From assembly GCA_963836755.1 (NCBI GenBank), contig CAWIKF010000002.1, positions 2,176,001-2,240,000 of the forward strand: 64,000 nucleotides of DNA. The letters are read 5' to 3'. A model generated the notes under the pieces. It saw nothing but the letters and a program-made list of their open reading frames with translations. It was not told the DNA's origin and did no database searches. The position numbers and the translations under genes are program-made. The first letter of the stretch is position 1. The number at the start of each line of letters is the position of its first letter. This DNA comes from an uncultured Verrucomicrobiae bacterium. GTDB taxonomy: Bacteria; Verrucomicrobiota; Verrucomicrobiia; Chthoniobacterales; Chthoniobacteraceae. Below, piece by piece: positions 1-10,500 of this stretch.

Positions 1-1
1 A

Positions 2-448
2 ATCAATCGCGATCAAAAGGACCGTTTCATAAAATGCATGCGTGATGCGCTCTGGGTGTTGCGCGACAAGAAATTTGCCGTCTGGGGTTTGACCTTCAAA
101 CCCGACACAGATGACGTCCGCTGCTCAGTCGCAATCGACATTATCAATGACCTCGTAAAGGAAGGCGCGAGCGTGACTGCTTACGACCCCAAGGGGATGG
201 AGAAGGCCACGGAGTTCAAATTAATCCCAGAGACCGTCAAGCTTGTAAATTCTGCGCTCGAAGCAGTTGAAGGCGCTGAGGCTTTGATCATCGCGACCGA
301 ATGGAAGGAGTTTGCGAATGTCGATCTTCAGGAAGTGAAGGCCAAAATGGCGACACCGCTGATCTTCGACGGAAGGAATCTATTTGATCCGAAAACGGTC
401 GAGAGCTTTGGCTTTACCTACAAGGGAATCGGCCGCCGCAGTCCCTAA
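2..448 (+). CDS. ugd: UDP-glucose 6-dehydrogenase, C-terminal part (5'-truncated by window)
   Basis: Frame open from base 2; motifs WGLTFKPDTDDVR, AYDPKG, ATEWKEF, IFDGRNL. Confidence 0.9.
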   Translation: MNRDQKDRFIKCMRDALWVLRDKKFAVWGLTFKPDTDDVRCSVAIDIINDLVKEGASVTAYDPKGMEKATEFKLIPETVKLVNSALEAVEGAEALIIATEWKEFANVDLQEVKAKMATPLIFDGRNLFDPKTVESFGFTYKGIGRRSP

Positions 449-450
449 GA

Positions 451-819
451 CTACGCGACCGCGCGTCCGTCCATCAGTTCATCCAACACCGTCTGCAAAT
501 CATAAAGATGCAGCGGCTTCGATAGGAAGCGCGAAGCTCCCGACGCAGTGATGAAGGGATGTTCCGCGTGTAGTTTTCCCGACATCAATACGATCTTTGC
601 ATTGGGATCGCTGCTGAGAATTGCGTGCGTAGTCGTAAGGCCATTGATCCTCGGCATCATCACGTCCATCAGCACCACGTCAGGGCATGATTGATGATAG
701 GCTTGGATAACATCCAGCCCGCCGCGCGTAGCAGTTATGATTTGGTGGCCCGCTTCCTTGAGAAAAAGTGAAAGCATTTCCGCCACTTCACGATCATCAT
801 CAGCTACAAGTATTCGCAT
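451..819 (-). CDS. Single-domain response regulator (receiver)
   Basis: ILVADDD, LMDVMMPRING, FLSKP receiver motifs. Confidence 0.9.
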   Translation of the reverse strand: MRILVADDDREVAEMLSLFLKEAGHQIITATRGGLDVIQAYHQSCPDVVLMDVMMPRINGLTTTHAILSSDPNAKIVLMSGKLHAEHPFITASGASRFLSKPLHLYDLQTVLDELMDGRAVA

Positions 820-821
820 GG

Positions 822-1253
822 CTACTTGAGGCGACAGCGGATTTGCACGAAGCCGATGACCTCCAGCAAATCGTCAATGTGGAATGGCTTTGAGATGATG
901 GTGCCCTGAACCGTCTTGATGAAATCGTTGATTTTCGGATTGCCGCGCATTCCGGTGATGAAAATAAAGCGCGGGCACAAGTGCGGCCGCATCCGTTCCA
1001 CCGCGCGGTAAAACATGTCGCCCGGAAGATTCGGCATCAACATGTCGCAAACAATGACTTCAAAGTCCTTTTCCATAACCTCGCGAACGCCAGCCACTCC
1101 ATCGGGAACGGCAATAACTTCATACGAATGCGACTGCAAGAATTCGGTCAAAGTCTCACAAAACTGCTTATCATCCTCTAGCAGCAGGATTTTTTTCGAC
1201 CGTTGGCCCGAATGATTTTCTGGTAGCGGGATCCTCTTCGTGAGCGATTGCAT
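822..1253 (-). CDS. Single-domain response regulator (receiver)
   Basis: ILLLEDD, VCDMLMPNLPG, FITG, ISKPF. Confidence 0.88.
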   Translation of the reverse strand: MQSLTKRIPLPENHSGQRSKKILLLEDDKQFCETLTEFLQSHSYEVIAVPDGVAGVREVMEKDFEVIVCDMLMPNLPGDMFYRAVERMRPHLCPRFIFITGMRGNPKINDFIKTVQGTIISKPFHIDDLLEVIGFVQIRCRLK

Positions 1254-1353
1254 AGCTTTGTTCTCGGCTTACATCAGCAGAGCCCATGCCAGTTTTTGAA
1301 GTGGAACGTCTTGAAAATCGCTTTCTGACCTGATTTGGTTCGGTCCTCGACTT

Positions 1354-2691
1354 GTGGATTGTCAAACCCAATACGCGCCGGCGCAACATCATCCAAGGAC
1401 TGTCTCAGTCGTGACTGCCACAAGCATCGTCGTCGCCAATATGATCGGCACCGGGGTTTTCACGAGCTTGGGATTTCAAGTGCGGGAACTTCCCTCTTGC
1501 TTTGCCTTGATCACCTTATGGGCGATTGGCGGAATAGTCGCGCTTTGCGGAGCGCTTTCCTACGCGGAACTTGCCGCGGCGCTTCCGCGATCCGGCGGAG
1601 AGTATCACTTCCTTTCTAGGATATTTCATCCTGCCGTTGGTTTCATGGCAGGCTGGACCTCTGCCACCGTCGGGTTCGCCGCACCGGTCGCGCTCGCGGC
1701 CATGGCATTTGGCAACTACTTCAAAGGCCTTTCGCCAATCTCTCCAATTTTCAGTTCGCTGACAATCGTGTGGATTATTTCGCTCTTCCATCTCCGCGAT
1801 CTGAAGTCCGGCAGCGCCTTCCAAAATGTCTGGACGCTTTTGAAAATCCTGCTGCTCATCGGCTTCATCGTCGCGGGTTTTTGTTTTGGTCGGGCACAAG
1901 GGGTTTCCTTCTTACCCAGCTCGTCCGATATCAATCACATCGTCAGCGCACCGTTCGCGATCAGTCTCGTTTATGTCATGTATTCCTACTCTGGATGGAA
2001 TGCCTCGACCTATATTTCCGGGGAGATTCTTGAGCCGCAGCGGAATATTCCACGGTCACTTTTCGTCGGAACTTTGCTCGTGACAATTCTTTACGTCGCA
2101 ATCAACGCTGCATTTCTTTACACTACGCCAATGGCAAAACTTTCTGGGCAACTGGAAGTAGGATTGATCGCCGGCAACGCAGTGTTTGGTTCCATCGGGA
2201 CACGTGTCGTCGCAGCATTGATTTGTCTGGGACTTGTGTCTTCGATTAGTTCGATGGCATGGATAGGACCGCGAGTAACAATGGCGATGGGTGAGGACTT
2301 TCTCGGACTCAGCGTGTTTGCTCGCAAGACCCGGAGCGGCATTCCAGTAGTGGCCATCAGCGTTCAACTCGCCGTCACCACCCTTCTCTTGCTAACCTCC
2401 ACTTTCGAGATGGTGCTAATTTACATCCAGCTCTGTTTGATGCTGTGCTCGTTCCTTACCGTGCTCGGTGTCATCGTCCTAAGATTCACTCAACCAGAGC
2501 TTGTGAGACCTTATCGGACTTGGGGCTATCCTTTCACGCCTCTTCTCTTTCTTTCCGTAAGTCTATTCATGATGTTCTATATCCTAAAACAACATCCCCT
2601 TGAATCGACTTTGGGACTCGGGTTAATGTTATTGGGAGTAGTGGTTTATTTCACTGTCGTAAGTCATCATCGCCGCGCGACGCTTATATGA
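1354..2691 (+). CDS. APC-family amino acid permease
   Basis: NMIGTGVF, YAELAAALPRSGGEY, YSYSGWN, RPYRTWGYP; many hydrophobic segments; start uncertain. Confidence 0.9.
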   Translation: MDCQTQYAPAQHHPRTVSVVTATSIVVANMIGTGVFTSLGFQVRELPSCFALITLWAIGGIVALCGALSYAELAAALPRSGGEYHFLSRIFHPAVGFMAGWTSATVGFAAPVALAAMAFGNYFKGLSPISPIFSSLTIVWIISLFHLRDLKSGSAFQNVWTLLKILLLIGFIVAGFCFGRAQGVSFLPSSSDINHIVSAPFAISLVYVMYSYSGWNASTYISGEILEPQRNIPRSLFVGTLLVTILYVAINAAFLYTTPMAKLSGQLEVGLIAGNAVFGSIGTRVVAALICLGLVSSISSMAWIGPRVTMAMGEDFLGLSVFARKTRSGIPVVAISVQLAVTTLLLLTSTFEMVLIYIQLCLMLCSFLTVLGVIVLRFTQPELVRPYRTWGYPFTPLLFLSVSLFMMFYILKQHPLESTLGLGLMLLGVVVYFTVVSHHRRATLI

Positions 2692-3719
2692 AAACCATAC
2701 TCAGAGCCGTTCTACATGTCATACTATTCGCAGGAGCCTTCCAATCTCTCTGCGCCGATCCCGCGAGCTTTCAGGACACTGCGCGTTTTCTTGCCGGACT
2801 GCCTGTTTCTGGTCCTTTGCAGGCACTTGAAACTGACACCGGTTGGACAAGCCACGCACAATTTTTTGACAAGGCGTGGAGCAAGCTTGATCAAAGGCAG
2901 CTTGCTCCCATCCGAGCGTGGTCCGAGAACTTTCTCCACGATTCCTATCACAGTCACAAGCCTGTCTTTTACACGTTCAGCGGACCTGACTTTCTCTACG
3001 CACACACCTTCTTTCCTGCGAGCGATAACTACATTCTCTGTGGGACCGAGCCTGTAGGCAGCCTGCCTGATGTAACTCGCATTCCAAGCCACGAAGTTGG
3101 TGCCACTCTCAGAAACGTCGAAGCATCGTTGAACTCGGTGATGAACTACAGCTTCTTCATTACGAAGGAGATGCGAGTAAACCTACAAAACGGCCCCATA
3201 AATGGAACTCTGCCGATCCTTTACGTTTTCCTGGCGCGGCTGAATTGCCAGATCCAGGATGTGAGCTTCATCAGTAAAGGAGTTAAAATTACTTTTTCCA
3301 GCGGCGAGAATCGGAAACAAACTCTCTATTACTTCAATACAGACCTATCCGATGGTGCGGCGAATAGTGGGTTTTTCAAATTTTGCGATGGATTCGGCAC
3401 AGGACTTGGGCTGGTGAAGTCCGCCTCGTATCTCATGCACCAAAGCGATTTTTCGCATGTGCGTAGTTGGCTGCTAGACCATTGCGATACGATTGTGGAG
3501 GATGACTCCGGCATTCCCATCGCCGATTTCGACAGATCCAAATGGCGTTTACGCTTGTTCGGCGCCTATCAAGGGCCAATCGACATTTTCAAGCAGCATT
3601 ACCAGCCAATGCTAGCGGACTTTTACAAGGAAAGCGCTCCAGCACCGATTGATTTCGGGATAGGTTATCGAGGATGGAATCCCAAGCTTTCCACGCTGAT
3701 CGTCGGATTTCGACGCTAA
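2688..3719 (+). CDS. Secreted hypothetical protein
   Basis: Signal-peptide-like N-terminus; ATGA overlap with the permease stop; 343 aa ORF. Confidence 0.75.
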   Translation: MKTILRAVLHVILFAGAFQSLCADPASFQDTARFLAGLPVSGPLQALETDTGWTSHAQFFDKAWSKLDQRQLAPIRAWSENFLHDSYHSHKPVFYTFSGPDFLYAHTFFPASDNYILCGTEPVGSLPDVTRIPSHEVGATLRNVEASLNSVMNYSFFITKEMRVNLQNGPINGTLPILYVFLARLNCQIQDVSFISKGVKITFSSGENRKQTLYYFNTDLSDGAANSGFFKFCDGFGTGLGLVKSASYLMHQSDFSHVRSWLLDHCDTIVEDDSGIPIADFDRSKWRLRLFGAYQGPIDIFKQHYQPMLADFYKESAPAPIDFGIGYRGWNPKLSTLIVGFRR

Positions 3720-4756
3720 CGAGCTAGCAGCAGTCGCAAGAAAGCCGCATCCGAAAACTTCGCGTCCATACCTTGACGCGCTACAACCACGTCGAGCGAA
3801 GGAATCACATAGAGCCGCTGATAGCTGGAACCTAGCGAAACAATCATATCGGCTGGTGCGTCGCGACAGATGCAGGCGTGACTCCAGTTCGCCTGGTTCC
3901 ATTTGAGTTCCAGCAAATTTTCGATGTCGGGATCTCGTGCCCCGGCATTCACGGCCTCGCCATTCAACCAGAATCCCATGCCAAATTCCGGATTCGCGGC
4001 GCTTGGCTGAAAACATTCCTTCAACACCGCGGACGGGAGCACTTCATGCCCATTGTAATTTCCATGTTGCAGGATCGTGGCCCCGAGATGAAGCCATTGA
4101 CGTGCAGTGAGTTTAAAGCCCGTCGCGAGCAGTGGATGTCCAAGCTGATCGACTTTTGACTCCACATGATTCAAGCCCAGCGGATCGAGCACGCGATCTT
4201 GCAAATACCGAAGCGGCGTCGTGCCGCGCTTGAGAAGCTTTCGCCGAAGTAACTCGCCAAAAATTTGAGTATGACTCGGCCCGTAAAGGAAGCGTGTTCC
4301 TGGTTCTGCTACGACTGGAAGCGCAAGTGCAACGCGGTTTCGATCTGGAATATCTGATCGATGCAAGAATGACGCGGGTTCTATTCCATCAGTAAAGTTG
4401 AGCAGCTCTCGGATCCGTATCCGCGACTTCAGCGGGTCATTTTTCCACTCCGTAATTGTCGTCGCGACTGGCTCATCAAGGGCAAGCAATCCTTCTTTGA
4501 CCGCCACCATCGCTGCAATTATCCAAAAGCTTTTTGTTCCGCTATAGATGGGATGTGGCTCATTCGCGCCGCCTTGATAGTCTTCAAAAATAATCCGCCC
4601 ATGCTGCATGACCAAAAACGCGAGCCCTCGGCGTGCCTTTGAGTAAGCAGCCGCCGCGAGCAGCTGCTTTTCGGTGATTTCATTTCCGTGGCAAGCGATG
4701 CCAATCAACATCTGCAGAAGCGTGACGATCGCTGCACATCGGCTTCGCATTCTCAT
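3716..4756 (-). CDS. Serine hydrolase, beta-lactamase/AmpC-like family
   Basis: SxxK (YSGTKS), IRELLNFTDG, EPGTRFLYG, YVIPSLDVVVAR. Confidence 0.85.
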   Translation of the reverse strand: MRMRSRCAAIVTLLQMLIGIACHGNEITEKQLLAAAAYSKARRGLAFLVMQHGRIIFEDYQGGANEPHPIYSGTKSFWIIAAMVAVKEGLLALDEPVATTITEWKNDPLKSRIRIRELLNFTDGIEPASFLHRSDIPDRNRVALALPVVAEPGTRFLYGPSHTQIFGELLRRKLLKRGTTPLRYLQDRVLDPLGLNHVESKVDQLGHPLLATGFKLTARQWLHLGATILQHGNYNGHEVLPSAVLKECFQPSAANPEFGMGFWLNGEAVNAGARDPDIENLLELKWNQANWSHACICRDAPADMIVSLGSSYQRLYVIPSLDVVVARQGMDAKFSDAAFLRLLLAR

Positions 4757-5424
4757 TCGCCGAGGAGATCGGGTCGGACGCGGCGGGTTTTCTCAAGCGC
4801 CTGTTGCGCGCGCCATTTTGCGATCTCGCCATGATGACCGGAGAGCAGAATATCCGGCACGCGCCAGCCACGAAATTCCAGCGGCCGCGTGTAGTGCGGA
4901 AACTCGAGCGACCTTTGCGCAAACGAATCGTCCGCCGCGGAGCCGGCATCGCCGAGCACGCCGGGGATCAGCCTCACCACAGCATCCACGAGCACGAGCG
5001 CAGCGAGCGCGCCATTGGTCAGCACATAATCGCCGATCGAAATTTCCTCATCGACGAGATGATCGATGACGCGTTGATCCACTCCTTCATAATGCCCGCA
5101 CAGAATGATGAGATGCGGCGTGTGTAAAAAGTTCGCCGCGTCCTTTTGCTCGAAAGGCCGCCCCGCCGGCGACATCAGCACGACTTTCGCCGCCGGCGTG
5201 CGTAGCTCCTCGACCGCCGCAAAAATCGGTTCACACTTCATCACCATCCCCTGCCCGCCGCCATACGGCGCGTCGTCAGTCACCGCGTGTTTATCGCGCG
5301 CCCAATCACGGATGTTATGCACGCGGATCGTCGCGAGGTTTTTTTCCTGCGCGCGTTTCATCATGCTTTCGCCGAGTGCGCCCTCGCAGATCTTTGGGAA
5401 GAGCGTGAGAATATCGATGCGCAC
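4753..5424 (-). CDS. trmD: tRNA (guanine37-N1)-methyltransferase
   Basis: DDAPYGGGQGMVM, CGHYEGVDQR, SIGDYVLTNG, VPDILLSGHH. Confidence 0.98.
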   Translation of the reverse strand: MRIDILTLFPKICEGALGESMMKRAQEKNLATIRVHNIRDWARDKHAVTDDAPYGGGQGMVMKCEPIFAAVEELRTPAAKVVLMSPAGRPFEQKDAANFLHTPHLIILCGHYEGVDQRVIDHLVDEEISIGDYVLTNGALAALVLVDAVVRLIPGVLGDAGSAADDSFAQRSLEFPHYTRPLEFRGWRVPDILLSGHHGEIAKWRAQQALEKTRRVRPDLLGE

Positions 5425-5472
5425 GGCACCGCCATTTTGTTAAATCTGGAAGTTCTGTCAAAGTCCTTGCGC

Positions 5473-7458
5473 GTGGCCAAAAAAAGTCCGTCGAAAAAAT
5501 CTTACTGGAAATTCTGGCTGTGCTTGTTGGTCCTTGTCGCGGGGTTTGTTGTCTGCGCCGTCTACGCGATCTGGGCGTCCACGTTCGACCTGAAACAGGT
5601 CAACAACATCCCCGAGCGCTCCAGCGTTTTCGACATGGACGGAAAATATTACAGCCGTCTCGAAGGTGAAAATCGCGTGACGGTGCCGCTGGAACGCGTC
5701 TCTCAATCCTTGCAAAAAGCGTTGCTCGCGCGCGAAGACTCGCGTTTTTACAGGCATCACGGCATCGATCCGATCGGCATTTCGCGCGCGCTCGTGCGCA
5801 ACATTTTGCACGGCCACATTCGCGAGGGCGGCAGCACGCTCACGCAACAACTCGCGCTCAATACTTTTCTCGGCGGCCATCACACCCGCAGCCTGAACCG
5901 GAAATTGCTCGAGGCATTTCTCTCGTTGCGCATCGAGCAGAATTTCACGAAGCGCCAGATTCTGGAGAGCTACATGAATCGCATTTATTTTGGCGCGGGC
6001 GTTTACGGAATTGAAACTGCGAGCCAAACCTATTTCGGAAAACCGGCGTCAAAGTTGACTCTCAATGAATCGGCGATGCTCGTCGCGCTCATCCGCAGCC
6101 CGCATCGATACTCGCCTTTCCAGCATTTGAAAGTCGCGCTGCATCAGCGCGATCTCGTGCTCGATCGCATGGTTGAGTTGAAAATGATCGACAGCGCGCA
6201 ATCAAACGCGGCGCGGCGCACGCCGCTGGCACTGGCGAAAAAGCATGCGACGACGCAGCAGGAAAATTACGCGCTGGATGCGGTGCGCCGCGATCTCGAC
6301 ATGCTGCTCGATGACGATCAGCACGACGAGGGCGGCCTCAAAATTTACACGACGATCGATCCGGCGTTGCAGCGCGCGGCGCAGATTGCGGTCGATGCGG
6401 ATTTGCGAAAGGTCGAGCAAAAGCCGGGCTACGATCATACGCGGCGCTCGTATGTTCCAGCACAAGGCAACGAAACTGAAACCGCATATTTGCAGGGAGC
6501 GCTCGTCGCAATCGACAACCGCACCGGCGGCATTCGCGCACTGGTCGGCGGGCGCGATTACGCGGAGAGCCGTTTCAATCGCGCGCTGCTTTCAAAACGG
6601 CAGGTCGGATCGACATTCAAGCCGTTCGTCTACGCGACGGCTTTCACGCGAGGCTTGCGACCCGATTCGCTCATTGATGACAGCCGGATTCACCCGGGCG
6701 AATTGAGCACGATTTCCAACTGGAGCCCGGAGAATTCCGACGGCGTGTATGGCCCGCCCAAGCCCGCAGCGGAAGGTTTGATCCAATCGCGCAACACGAT
6801 GAGCGTGCGAATCGGAAACTACGCAGGGCTGGACAATGTCATACAAACGGCCGAGCGGGTGGGACTCGGAAAAATCCCAAGCACGCCAGCGGTTTTCATC
6901 GGCGCATTCGAGGCGACGCTCCGGGATATGACCGCGGCTTACACAGTTTTTCCGAACGATGGCCAGCGCCGGCAGCCATACGTCGTCGAGCGGATTGACG
7001 ACCCGGATGGGCAGGTGATTTACCGCGCGTCGCACGTGAACGCGCCCGCGATTGATCCCGGAAGTTCGGCGCTCGTGACGTCGCTTTTGCAGCAGGTGCT
7101 CACGCGCGGCACGGCCGCATCCGCGCGCTCTCTCGGCTGGCATAAGGCCGCGGCGGGCAAAACTGGCACGACAAATGATTACAAAGATGCGTGGTTCGTC
7201 GGTTACACAAAATCGCTCACATGCGGCGTCTGGGTCGGATTCGACCGGCCGCAAACCATCATGTCGCGCGGCTACGGCGCGACGCTCGCGCTGCCGATCT
7301 GGATTGACGCGATGAACGCTGCATCGCCGCAAAAATATCCCGCGCCGCAAATGGAAGGCGACTGGCAGTCCGGCTCGCAACACGGGCCGGAACATGGGAT
7401 CGAATCTCTGCCGGGAAATATTTTCCGTTCTTTCCGCAGATTTTTTGGTGGACATTGA
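5473..7458 (+). CDS. Class A penicillin-binding protein (PBP1A family)
   Basis: EDSRFYRHHGID, GGSTLTQQL, GSTFKP, SRN, GKTGT; N-terminal TM segment; GTG 5473 chosen because the longer ORF overlaps trmD. Confidence 0.93.
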   Translation: MAKKSPSKKSYWKFWLCLLVLVAGFVVCAVYAIWASTFDLKQVNNIPERSSVFDMDGKYYSRLEGENRVTVPLERVSQSLQKALLAREDSRFYRHHGIDPIGISRALVRNILHGHIREGGSTLTQQLALNTFLGGHHTRSLNRKLLEAFLSLRIEQNFTKRQILESYMNRIYFGAGVYGIETASQTYFGKPASKLTLNESAMLVALIRSPHRYSPFQHLKVALHQRDLVLDRMVELKMIDSAQSNAARRTPLALAKKHATTQQENYALDAVRRDLDMLLDDDQHDEGGLKIYTTIDPALQRAAQIAVDADLRKVEQKPGYDHTRRSYVPAQGNETETAYLQGALVAIDNRTGGIRALVGGRDYAESRFNRALLSKRQVGSTFKPFVYATAFTRGLRPDSLIDDSRIHPGELSTISNWSPENSDGVYGPPKPAAEGLIQSRNTMSVRIGNYAGLDNVIQTAERVGLGKIPSTPAVFIGAFEATLRDMTAAYTVFPNDGQRRQPYVVERIDDPDGQVIYRASHVNAPAIDPGSSALVTSLLQQVLTRGTAASARSLGWHKAAAGKTGTTNDYKDAWFVGYTKSLTCGVWVGFDRPQTIMSRGYGATLALPIWIDAMNAASPQKYPAPQMEGDWQSGSQHGPEHGIESLPGNIFRSFRRFFGGH

Positions 7459-7524
7459 GCGGAAGTAGAAAATCACTCCGTTGCGTTTTAGTATAATCAC
7501 CGTTAACACGACATTTCCATCGAG

Positions 7525-10500
7525 ATGAGCACGACCATGCGCATTCTGGTCTTGGAAAATGAGGAGGCAGCGGAGCAACTGCTCGACCAGATGCCGCAGG
7601 CTGGCGACTGCTCGACCGTGAGCCAATTCGTGCGGACGAAGGAAGAATTTTTGCACAAGCTTGGGACCGAGGCTTTCGACCTGATCATCGTCTCCGATTC
7701 GATTCCGGGATTCAGCGGTGAGGAGGCTTTGGCTGAATGCCAGCAACTTTGCCCCGCCGTTCCATTCGTCGTCATTTCGCGAGCGATGGACGACCAGACG
7801 ATGGTGGAATATTTCCGCAGAGGCGCGACAGACTGCATCTTGAAAAACCAGCTGGCACGGGTCGGCTCCGTCGTCCGGCGCACCTGCCGCGAGGCCGACT
7901 TGATGCGCAAGCGCGAGCAGATCGAAATCCTTGCGCGTGAGCGCACGAATTTTTTGCAGTTACAGCAGGTGATCGCGGTTGCGGCCAATGAAGCTGCGTC
8001 CGTCCCGGACGCATTGCAGGCCGGTTTGGATCTCGTTTGTGCCTACGCCGGCTTTCCAGTCGGTCACGCGTATCTGCTTGATGAAAGCGGCGGCAAAATG
8101 ATTTCCGCAAACGTTTGGGCGCTCTCCGATGCGCAGCGCTTCGCGGAGTTTCGGGACGGCACATCCGCGATGAGTTTCAGCCGCGGCGAAGGAATCGCTG
8201 GACAAGTGCTTATGACCCAACAACCCGCATGGATAGAGGATTTGCGGGAATGGAAAAATTTTCTCCGCAAAGAAATGGCTGAGCGGGCGGGCCTTCGTTG
8301 CGCGGTGGCATTCCCAGTGTTCGCGGGAAAGTCGGTAGTCGCGATGCTCGAGTTTTTTGTCGAAAAAGTGGAGCCGCAAAACCAACGCTTACTCGATGTG
8401 ATGACCTATGTCGGCACGCAGCTCGGCCGCGTGGTTGAGCGCGATCAAATCGATCACACGCTCAAACTAAGGGCGAGGAGAGAAGCGGCGGTCGCGCGGC
8501 TTGCGCAGCGGGCATTGCAGGAGCGAAACCTCGAAACATTTTTGCACGAAGCCATGGCGCTCGTCGCGGAGGTGCTGACCGCCGATTTCACCTGCGTTCT
8601 TGAACTAGCAGAGCACAACGAAACGTTAACGATGCGTGCAGGCTTCGGATGGCAGAGGCCGATCATGAGCTTCGTCTCCACACTCTCGATGGCTGGCTAC
8701 GCGCTCGCGAAAAACGAGCTCGTGATTTCGCATGATCTCGAAACTGAGCTGCGCTTCAAAATGCATTCGCACGTTATTGAGGAAGGCGTTCGCAGCGGAA
8801 TGGTTGCAGTCATTTCCGCGCGCGGCGAACAGCTCGGAGTGGTCGAAGTTTTCTCAAAAAACGCGCGAGAGTTCCGGCCCGGCGAAACTTCTTTCCTGCA
8901 AACGATTGCCGATGTGCTCGCAAGCGCGATCGAGCGCAGCCGGACCTATGCCGAGTTGAGCCTGCTCCATTCGGCGGTCGAGCAAACAACTGAATCGATC
9001 ACCGTGACCGATGCGAATCTCGACCTACCGGGGCCGCGCATCCTTTTCGTCAACGCCGCATTTACTGAAATGACGGGCTGGACCGCGGCCGAAGTGCTCG
9101 GCTCTTCGCCGCGCATCATGCAGGGGCCAAAGACGGATCGGAACGTCATGAATCTTTTGCGGGCAAAGCTCGCGAGTGGCGAGCACTTTGACGGCGAAGT
9201 CATTAACTATCGAAAAGATGGGACGGAATTTTGGCTCGAGTGGCACATCGCGCCGATCCGGGACACCGACGGGAACATCACGCAATTTTTTGCGATTCAG
9301 CGCGACGTGACGGCGCGAAAGTTGGCGGACAAAGCATTGCGCGAAAGCCAGGCGAACCTCGCGGCGGCGCAGCGAATCACTCACCTCGGAAGCTGGGAGC
9401 TCGAACTATTCGACCTTGAAGAGATGGAGCGGAACACGCTGCGCTGGTCGGACGAAGTGTTCCGCATCTTCGGTTATGAGCCGGGTGCGGTTGAAGTATC
9501 GGAGCAAAATTTCATGCGCTTCGTTCACCCGGACGATCGCGAAGCCGTGCGGGCGGCCCTGCTGCAAGCGGTGAAAACGCGGACGCAATACAGCATCGAT
9601 CACCGGATCATGCTGCCAAACGGCGATGAACGCACTGTTTACGAACAGGCGCATCTTGTTTTCGATGAGACCAGTGGGGCGCCGCTAAAAATGATGGGCA
9701 TCGTCCAGGACATCACCGATCGGCGCCGCAATGAAGAAGCGCTGCGGGAAAGCGAGGAGCGCTTCCGCGCGACGTTCGAGCAGGCTGCGGTCGGCATTTT
9801 GCACGTCGGCTTGGAAGGCGAGTTTTTGCGAGTGAACCAGCGGCTGTGTGATCTGCTCGACTACTCGCGCCAGGAATTGCGTCACAAAAAATTCCACGAG
9901 ATCGCGCATCCCGACGACACGGATTTGGGCGCGGCGGAAACAGAAAAAATTCTCGCGGGAGAAATCCAGAGTTACTCGCTCGAGAAACGCTACGTGAAAA
10001 AAAATGGCGAGACGGTTTGGGCAAATCTTACGACGGCGCTTCGTCTCGATGAATCAGGCCGGCCGCTTTATTTCATTTCCGTGATGGAAGACATCAGCGG
10101 CCGAAAGCGCCTGGAGCAACAGTTTTTGCAGGCGCAAAAAATGGAGGCGTTCGGCCGGCTCGCCGGCGGCGTCGCGCACGATTTCAACAACCTATTAACG
10201 GTCATCGGCGGCTACAACAGCCTCGTCCTTGAGGATCTCGCACCCACCGATCCGCGTCGCGAGTTTGTCGAGGAAGTCGCGAAAGCCTCGGATCGCGCCT
10301 CTGCATTGACGAATCAACTCCTCGCGTTCAGCCGCCAGCAGGTTTTGCAATCGAAGGTTTTTGATCCCAATGACGTTCTCGAAAATCTCGAAAGAATGCT
10401 CCAGCGCATCATCGGCGAAGACGTGGAATTTGTGACCGAACTCGAGCCGCAAATCGGCCACGTGCGCGCAGATATCAGCCAGATCGAAAATGTCCTGGTC

